DNA of 64,000 nucleotides from Gammaproteobacteria bacterium (GTDB lineage Bacteria; Pseudomonadota; Gammaproteobacteria; JABABF01): NCBI GenBank assembly GCA_965237805.1, contig OZ250153.1, positions 1,184,001 to 1,248,000 of the forward strand, read 5' to 3'. Shown piece by piece: positions 57,359 to 64,000 of this stretch (position 1 is its first letter; each line of letters starts with the position of its first letter). The notes under the pieces were generated by a model. It saw only the letters and a program-made list of their open reading frames with translations, ran no database searches and was not told where the DNA came from. The position numbers and the translations under genes were made by a program.

Positions 57359-58132
57359 TCAGCTGCCCTCCACTTTATGCACTTGTTTCCAGATCAATCC
57401 CGGGATCAGGCGGCGCGCCCAGTAGCCCTGCTTGGCACCGCGCGTCGGCAACACCATGAACTCGCCACGTTCCAAGCTGCGCTCGATCGCGTCCAGCACC
57501 AGCTGCGGCTCCAGTGGCGGTGCCAAGTCGAGCATCTTCGGCCAGTGCGTGGCGTGGCCTTGGTCGAGCAGTGGGGTGTTGACCACTGGCGGGCAGACCG
57601 AGGCGAAGCGCACACCGCTGTCACGGTTCTCGTGGTAGAGCGTTTCGTTGAAGAAGGTGACGGCTGCCTTGGTGGCCGAATAGGCACCGGTGTAGAGCGT
57701 CGGCATCAGTCCGGCCATTGAGGCGAAGCTGACGAAATCGCCCTTGCCGCGCTCGATCATCGCAGGCAAAGTCGCATGTGCGATGTTGACCAAGCCGCCG
57801 AAGTTGATCTGCATCAGCCGGTGCATGGTCTCTGGTTCCTGCTCCAGCAATGCGCCCAGCGGCATGATCGCCGCACAATTGAAGACGCGGTCGATGGGGC
57901 CGAGCTCGCGTTCCACCTGAGCGACTATCTGCTTGAGCTGGGCGATTTCGGTAATATCCGAGGGATGGCAATGGATCTTCTCCTCGGCACCCTTGGTGGC
58001 TGCCAGCCCATCTGTGTTGATGTCCAGCGCTGCCACCGAGGCACCCGCGGCGGCAAAATTGCGGGTGGCCAGCTGTCCCAGGCCACTGCCAGCTCCCGTC
58101 ACCAGCGCCACCTTCCCTGTATAAGCCATCAT
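57359..58132 (-). CDS. Short-chain dehydrogenase/reductase
   Basis: TGAGSGLG, NCAA, ASMAG and YSATK motifs. Confidence 0.9.
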   Translation of the reverse strand: MMAYTGKVALVTGAGSGLGQLATRNFAAAGASVAALDINTDGLAATKGAEEKIHCHPSDITEIAQLKQIVAQVERELGPIDRVFNCAAIMPLGALLEQEPETMHRLMQINFGGLVNIAHATLPAMIERGKGDFVSFASMAGLMPTLYTGAYSATKAAVTFFNETLYHENRDSGVRFASVCPPVVNTPLLDQGHATHWPKMLDLAPPLEPQLVLDAIERSLERGEFMVLPTRGAKQGYWARRLIPGLIWKQVHKVEGS

Positions 58133-58252
58133 TTGCCCCTGCGCGAGCCGCTCGCGACTCTCCTGATCTGCATCCGCTCTATTCTAGCGATGATGGCGTA
58201 CCGTGGCCGTTATACTGGATGCCACTTTCGCCCAGCTTTATGATGTCCCTCC

Positions 58253-58897
58253 ATGCGCATTGTTTTGATCGGGCCACCCGGCGCGGGTAAGGGGACGCAG
58301 TCGCAACGGCTGTGTCGGCGCTGCGCCATCCCCCAGATCTCCACTGGCGATATGTTGCGCGCCACGCGCGAGGAGCAATCGGCGCTGGGTGAGCAACTGC
58401 GGGCAGTGATGGATGCCGGGGACTTGGTCTCCGACAGCTTGATCTTGTCGCTGATCGACGAGCGCCTTGCCAAGAGCGACTGTGCGTCGGGTTATCTGCT
58501 CGATGGTTTTCCGCGCACGATAGCGCAGGCTGATGGCATGCGCGAGCGCGATATTAAAGCCGACCATGTGGTGCAGATCGATGTCGCTGAGGGCGTGTTG
58601 CTGAGTCGCCTCAGCGGGCGCTGGTCGCACTCAGGTTCGGGGCGTGTCTACCACGAGCAGTTCAATCCGCCACGCCGCACCGGCATCGACGATGAGACCG
58701 GTGAGGCGTTGGTACAGCGTGAGGATGACCGCGCCGAGTCGGTGCGCCACCGTTTGGCGACCTACCACGAGCACACCGAGCCGTTGATCGACTACTACCG
58801 GCAATGGAGCCAAGCGGGCGGTCCGCGCTTCAGTGTCGTCAATGGGCTCGGCGAGGTGGCGCAGATCGAACAACGCCTCGCCGAGGCGTTGTCCTAG
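58253..58897 (+). CDS. adk: Adenylate kinase
   Basis: GPPGAGKGTQ, ISTGDMLR, LDGFPRT and QREDD motifs. Confidence 0.97.
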   Translation: MRIVLIGPPGAGKGTQSQRLCRRCAIPQISTGDMLRATREEQSALGEQLRAVMDAGDLVSDSLILSLIDERLAKSDCASGYLLDGFPRTIAQADGMRERDIKADHVVQIDVAEGVLLSRLSGRWSHSGSGRVYHEQFNPPRRTGIDDETGEALVQREDDRAESVRHRLATYHEHTEPLIDYYRQWSQAGGPRFSVVNGLGEVAQIEQRLAEALS

Positions 58898-58926
58898 CAG
58901 CTTGCCTGAGTGCCAGAGGGGGAGCC

Positions 58927-59937
58927 TTGCAGGACACCGCGGTGTTGCTGGTCAATTCCGGCACCCCAGAAGCCCCGAGTGTCGAGGCAGTACGGCGCTT
59001 CTTGCGCCAGTTCCTGTCCGACCCTCGTATCGTCGATCTGCCGCGCTGGTTGTGGCTGCCAATACTGCGGCTCATCGTGTTGCGTCGGCGTCCACAACGG
59101 ATGGCGCGGCGCTACGCTGCGATTTGGTGGCCGACGGGGTCGCCGTTGCGGGTGATCGGCGAGCGCCAAGCCAAAGCCCTTGAGGCGCAGCTCGGCGGCG
59201 AGGTGGCGGTACGCTTGGCCTTTCTCTGTGGCCCCCCGCAGCTGGAACGAGTCAGCTCAGAGCTATATGCCTTGGGATGCCGCCGCTTCGTCGTGCTGCC
59301 GCTGTTCCCTCAGCTGTGCACCGCTACCAGCTGTGCTGTCTGTGATCGGGTGGCGGGCTTGGCTGGACGGCTGGACGATGCGAGTGTGGTGCAAGTGGGA
59401 GCTTATGCCCTGAGGGCGGCCTATCTCGACGCCTTGGCGGCGGATTTAGAGGATTTTTGGCGTGTGCATGGCCGCGGCGAGCATCTGCTGTTCAGCTTTC
59501 ATGGCATCCCGGAGCGGCGTGCGCGCTCGGAAGGCTACGCTGAGCAATGCCGTGCCACCGCAGAGGCTGTGGTGGCGCGGCTCGATAATCCGCCGCGGTG
59601 GATGCTTTGTTTCCAGTCGCGCTACGGGCCAGCACCGTGGCTGCGCCCCTATACCGATGAGCTGTTGGCGCAGCTGCCGGGGCGCGGTATCAGACACATC
59701 GACCTGTGCTGCCCTGGCTTCGCCGCCGACTGCTTGGAGACGCTATACGAGCTGGGTGTGGAGGGCCAGCAACAGTGGCGAGAGGCTGGTGGCGAGGTAC
59801 TTCGTCTGGTGCCGTGCCTGAATGACGCGCCGCGGCACATCGAGCTGCTGGCGGGGCTGGTCGGCGACGCTCTGTCCAGCACATCGCCATCCTGTGGCGA
59901 CTTCTGCCGCGATTGTCCCCGTGCCGCGACAGCCTGA
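58927..59937 (+). CDS. hemH: Ferrochelatase
   Basis: LLVNSGTP, FLSDPR, LPLFPQ, FSFHGIP, FQSRYG..PWL.P and DCLETLYE motifs. Confidence 0.94.
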   Translation: MQDTAVLLVNSGTPEAPSVEAVRRFLRQFLSDPRIVDLPRWLWLPILRLIVLRRRPQRMARRYAAIWWPTGSPLRVIGERQAKALEAQLGGEVAVRLAFLCGPPQLERVSSELYALGCRRFVVLPLFPQLCTATSCAVCDRVAGLAGRLDDASVVQVGAYALRAAYLDALAADLEDFWRVHGRGEHLLFSFHGIPERRARSEGYAEQCRATAEAVVARLDNPPRWMLCFQSRYGPAPWLRPYTDELLAQLPGRGIRHIDLCCPGFAADCLETLYELGVEGQQQWREAGGEVLRLVPCLNDAPRHIELLAGLVGDALSSTSPSCGDFCRDCPRAATA

Positions 59938-60001
59938 TGGGCGGCATAATAGCTTGGATTGATGCGCTGGCGGTTGCGCCGGGCACCCAGCAGGAGATCA
60001 G

Positions 60002-61153
60002 ATGATGACAGACCAAGGCAGCTGCCATAGCGGTGTATTGCTCGCGTTACTGATGGTGTCGCTGGCGGGTTGTAGCGGTGGTGCGGATCCGGTTGCCTTG
60101 ACCTCTAAGGGCTGTGTGGCGGCCGCTGAGATCGCGGTGGTCTGCGACTTCAAAAATCCCGAAGACATCGTGTACTACAACAGCGATGATGGTTGGCTCA
60201 TCATCAGCCAGATGGGTGCTGGCGAATTCGCTAGCGAGTCCGGTAGCCTCGTCGCTTGGCAACCGAGTACGGGTCGTCGCCAGCCGCTGTGGCCGCCCGC
60301 GTGGAGCGGGCCAGACTACACCGCCTTGGGCAGTGTCCAGCCAGTGCACTGGGGCGATGCATCGTGTCCGCGTCCGACGCAGTTTTCACCACACGGCATC
60401 GATCTCGGCAAGCGTGCCAGCGGCGGCCAAGTGTTGCTGGTGGTGAATCACCGCGAGGCCACTCAGGACAGCATCGAGCTCTTTGAGCTGCGGGCGGGCA
60501 CTGGTGTTCCGCGTCTGCAATGGCGCGGTTGCGTGCTGACACCGCTGGATGCGGAGATGAACGATGTGGTGGTGGCCGGGGACGGCCTCATCACCTCGCG
60601 GATGTATGACGCGCCTCTCCCCACATGGCTCGGTGCCTTGATGGTCATGGGTTGGGATACCGGTAGCGTACACGAATGGCAGCCGAGCCTCGGTTGGCAT
60701 GACATCCCGAATTCCGCGGGTGCTGTGCCCAATGGCATCGCGCTGTCGTCCGATGGTCAGCAGTTATTTATCCACCACTACTTTGGCGGCCAGCTGCTGA
60801 AGCTGGATCGGCACAGCGGCGCGCTCCTCGGCAGCGCTCCCGTCGTGCGCGGCGACAACCTGAGCTGGGCACCGGACGGCTCGCTGCTGTCGGCCTCACA
60901 CCCCTCAGGATTGGAGGAGCTGGGGGTCTGTCATCAGCTGGAGGAGGGGGTGTGCCTCAGCGATTTTTTGATTCAGCGCATCGACCCAGCAAGCATGCGG
61001 GTGACCGCCGCTTTCCGCCATCGCGGCGAGCCTTTTGGCATGGCGACAGTGGCGGTGGAGAATCGCGGCACGATCTATGTTGGCTCCTTCCGTGCCGATC
61101 GCTTGGCCTATTTTTCTGCTCAGCGTCTGCAGGCGGTGACGGCAGCCCCTTAA
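60002..61153 (+). CDS. Arylesterase/paraoxonase-like (SMP-30) beta-propeller lipoprotein
   Basis: Lipobox LAG-C; NPED, FSPHGI, VVNH, MNDV, PNGI and GDNL motifs. Confidence 0.8.
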   Translation: MMTDQGSCHSGVLLALLMVSLAGCSGGADPVALTSKGCVAAAEIAVVCDFKNPEDIVYYNSDDGWLIISQMGAGEFASESGSLVAWQPSTGRRQPLWPPAWSGPDYTALGSVQPVHWGDASCPRPTQFSPHGIDLGKRASGGQVLLVVNHREATQDSIELFELRAGTGVPRLQWRGCVLTPLDAEMNDVVVAGDGLITSRMYDAPLPTWLGALMVMGWDTGSVHEWQPSLGWHDIPNSAGAVPNGIALSSDGQQLFIHHYFGGQLLKLDRHSGALLGSAPVVRGDNLSWAPDGSLLSASHPSGLEELGVCHQLEEGVCLSDFLIQRIDPASMRVTAAFRHRGEPFGMATVAVENRGTIYVGSFRADRLAYFSAQRLQAVTAAP

Positions 61154-61293
61154 TTGTTGCGCTGAGCGCCCCGCAATGCGGTGCTGGCAGCTACCCAGTG
61201 GTGCCTCGCAGCTGGCCGTGCGGTCACCAATAGGCAAATGATGGCTGCCAATGCGCTGCCTCTTAGCACCGTCCTCGTTGGGTCACCGGGCGA

Positions 61294-61968
61294 TCAAGCG
61301 CCTGCCAGCGCACCCCGTAGCGCGGTGATGGCTGCCGCCCGGTCGCTCTGGCCGAAGACGGATGTGCCGGCGATGAAGGTGTCGGCACCGGCAGCGCCGA
61401 CGTGCGCAATATTTGAGCTATCGATGCCGCCGTCAACAGCCAGGCGGATCGTACGGCCCGACGCGTCGATGCGTGCGCGCACCTCGGCGATCTTGTCCAG
61501 CACGGCGGGCAGGAAGGCCTGACCACCGAAGCCCGGATTGACAGACATCAGCAACACTTGATCCAGCTGCTCTAGCGTGTAGTCGAGCGCCTGCGCGCCA
61601 GTGGCCGGATTCAGCGCGAGGCCTGGCTTGGCACCGCAGTCGCGGATCAGCCGCAGCGAGCGATCCAAGTGCGTCGTGGCATCGGGGTGGATGGTGATCC
61701 AATCGGCACCGGCTTCGGCGAAGTTGCGGATCAGTTCATCGACTGGCGAGACCATCAGGTGCACATCCAACGGTGCCTTGATGCCAGCCCCGCGCAATGC
61801 CCGGCACACCAACGGCCCGAAAGTCAGGTTCGGCACATAGTGTTGATCCATGACATCGAGGTGCAGCCAATCGGCACCGCTGGCAAGCGCCTCCTGCGCC
61901 TCCGCGCCGAGGGCGGCGCAGTCGGCGGCTAACAGGGAGGGGGCGATGACATGGGGTTGGGTGGACAT
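61294..61968 (-). CDS. rpe: Ribulose-phosphate 3-epimerase
   Basis: IAPSLL, HLDVMD.HYVPNLT, DVHLM, MSVNPGFGGQ and VDGGI motifs. Confidence 0.97.
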   Translation of the reverse strand: MSTQPHVIAPSLLAADCAALGAEAQEALASGADWLHLDVMDQHYVPNLTFGPLVCRALRGAGIKAPLDVHLMVSPVDELIRNFAEAGADWITIHPDATTHLDRSLRLIRDCGAKPGLALNPATGAQALDYTLEQLDQVLLMSVNPGFGGQAFLPAVLDKIAEVRARIDASGRTIRLAVDGGIDSSNIAHVGAAGADTFIAGTSVFGQSDRAAAITALRGALAGA

Positions 61969-62147
61969 GGTGCTTGGGCAGGGCGCTGATGCTTTCATGC
62001 TAGCCGATTATGCGGGGGCGGGCTGTGCGTAGTGCCGCACGGCCATGGTTGGTGGCCTAATCCTTAAGGACCGATATACTCCGATTTGGGCAACATGGAC
62101 AGACTATACTGAACCTCGAGCTTGATGACAGGACAGGGGGGAGGGTT

Positions 62148-63296
62148 ATGGATTACAAGACGGTGACGTTGCCCGGCAGGTGGCCAGACAATGAAATTCA
62201 AGGCCTTATAAGTATTCTAAATGCCGAGCTGGAACCTGGTGTCAGCATAGAGCAGCGACGAGGGGACGATCAAGTGGACATCAATCTACATGAGGTCGAT
62301 TTCCGACAAATGAAAGCATTGTTCCATGAGGTGACGCAATCGAGCATTGAGCAAGCTTTTGCAGATAGATTTATTGCTTATATCGAGTCTATAAAAAGCT
62401 ATGGTATGAAAAGCGGTAAGCGGTTATATGTCAATTATAATTCAGAAAGAAAAGTCCAAGGAAGACAGCAAAAGGTGCAGAAAAGGAATGCACAGTTCTA
62501 TGCCGCAGAATTTCCGGAGACCTTCAATATATTGCCATCAGAATATCAGGATAAATTTATCTGCGGAGACAGCGAGGAAGTATTGAAGAATTTGCCTGAT
62601 AATTGCATTGATATAATCTTTACTTCGCCTCCGTATAATTTTGGGTTGTCATATGATAATGCGGGTGACGATGCTGATCATTGGAGTGCATACTTCAAAA
62701 AATTGTTTGCAATATTTGACCAGTGTATCCGGGTATTGAAGTATGGTGGTCGCTTTGTAATTAACATACAACCATTGTTTTCGGATTATATACCAGCACA
62801 TCATTTTATTTCGAACCATATGACTGGTCGTGGCATGATTTGGAAAGGCGAGATTCTTTGGGAAAAGAATAACTACAACTGTAAATACACAGCATGGGGC
62901 AGTTGGAAAAGTCCAGCCAGTCCTTATATGAAATACACATGGGAGTTTCTGGAGGTGTTTTGCAAGGGAGATCTGAAAAAGGTTGGCAAGAAAGAAAACA
63001 TCGATATATCAGGAGATGAGTTCAAAAAGTGGGTGTATGCAAAATGGTCTATTGCGCCCGCACGGAATATGTCCGAGCATGGCCATCCAGCCATGTTCCC
63101 AGAAGAGCTAGTGCGCAGAGTGCTGCTATTGTTTTCCTATCAAGGGGATATTGTCTTGGACCCATTCATGGGGGTTGGCACTACTAGCTTGGTTGCGGCG
63201 AGGCTAGATCGACATCATATTGGAATTGATGTATCGCAAGAATATTGCAAAAAGGCCGCAGATCGATTGAAGAAGGATCCCCCGCGGCTTCTTTAG
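62148..63296 (+). CDS. Site-specific DNA methyltransferase (N4-C/N6-A, beta class)
   Basis: Catalytic TSPPYN precedes HPAMFP and the SAM-binding LDPFMGVGTT. Low GC. Confidence 0.92.
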   Translation: MDYKTVTLPGRWPDNEIQGLISILNAELEPGVSIEQRRGDDQVDINLHEVDFRQMKALFHEVTQSSIEQAFADRFIAYIESIKSYGMKSGKRLYVNYNSERKVQGRQQKVQKRNAQFYAAEFPETFNILPSEYQDKFICGDSEEVLKNLPDNCIDIIFTSPPYNFGLSYDNAGDDADHWSAYFKKLFAIFDQCIRVLKYGGRFVINIQPLFSDYIPAHHFISNHMTGRGMIWKGEILWEKNNYNCKYTAWGSWKSPASPYMKYTWEFLEVFCKGDLKKVGKKENIDISGDEFKKWVYAKWSIAPARNMSEHGHPAMFPEELVRRVLLLFSYQGDIVLDPFMGVGTTSLVAARLDRHHIGIDVSQEYCKKAADRLKKDPPRLL

Positions 63297-63309
63297 TGTG
63301 ACGAATATT

Positions 63310-64000
63310 ATGGCCGCAGATTGTTCTTTGACAAAGCGAGCTCTAATAGCAAGATACAATCAAGTCCTTTGAGATATGGATGACGAGGTGCGTGATCTTG
63401 ATTCACGCGAGCGGCGTCCCCAAGAAAGGAGTTTAGGGGGCAGTTTGCGCCACAACAAAAGTGCACTGGTTGAATCTTTGGCAAACGATTTGATGCGGAT
63501 GGCTTGGCATGATTTGGGCGGGGATCCTCGCCGCTTGTCTATTAACAAAAGAAAATTAAATGCACCTATAGAACCAAGCTATATTTCCAAACTTCCAGAT
63601 ACAATTCAGAGACATATTTTGTCAAATCCGGACGAGTATTTTTTCGCTGTAGTGTTGACTGTGGCATGTTCTTGTTGATGAAAGATTGGTGTTGGTGGTC
63701 GAATGCAAAGCATATGCGGAAAATGCCATGATGAAGCGGATTCTTGTAGATTTTTGTCTTTTGCGTCGACTCCATCCTAATATGGCCTGCGTGCTCCTAC
63801 AACTAGAGAGTCAGTTGGGAGGTGATTATGGTGAAATTTCGTTGCCTATTATCTATGGCAGTTCCTCGACCAATACTCTCATGTCATATTTTCCTGCTGT
63901 CGCTTTGGATATTGTGACATTGCTCGCTGGTGATCGCAAAGTGGAGGCGACAATACATCAATCTAAGTACTTTAAACCTTTGACTGAGGCCGCATTAGCC
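63310..64000 (+). pseudogene. Disrupted type II restriction endonuclease (PD-(D/E)XK), continuing past the window end
   Basis: ATG 63310 with in-frame TGA at 63370. Frameshift near 63640-63665, after which another frame reads HVLVDERLVLVVECKAYAENAMMKRILVDF...QLESQLGGDY to the window end. Confidence 0.78.

Overview
GC-rich gammaproteobacterial chromosome segment with a Pseudomonas/Halieaceae-like gene order. A host-associated marine lifestyle is an inference only. The backbone is housekeeping: rpsF-rpsR, ubiCA, recG, gmk-rpoZ-spoT-ridA, pyrE, argB, rdgB-hemW, tkt-epd-pgk, metK-ahcY-metF-rsmE, hemCDXY, argH, gshB, yqgF, yggS-proC-yggT-metX-metW, adk-hemH and rpe. Accessory loci are inserted into it. 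(1) A ~6.2 kb array of five tandem, lower-GC GT10 (alpha-1,3/4-fucosyltransferase-like) genes, all intact, with near-identical scaffolds and mosaic hypervariable loops around the active site. (2) tRNA-Arg(CCG) followed by six 83-84 bp copies of almost the whole tRNA, each carrying the same lesions at invariant tRNA positions. (3) A secreted aerolysin/ETX-MTX2-like protein with an inserted beta/gamma-crystallin-like domain and a furin-like site. (4) A DnaB-like ATPase-fold protein that lacks its Walker motifs. (5) A HARE-HTH/GIY-YIG nuclease plus YafQ/truncated-DinJ islet. (6) A PDZ/Gly-Asp-repeat lipoprotein. (7) An intact DNA methyltransferase beside a decayed restriction endonuclease. All calls come from reading motifs by eye; no database searches were run.
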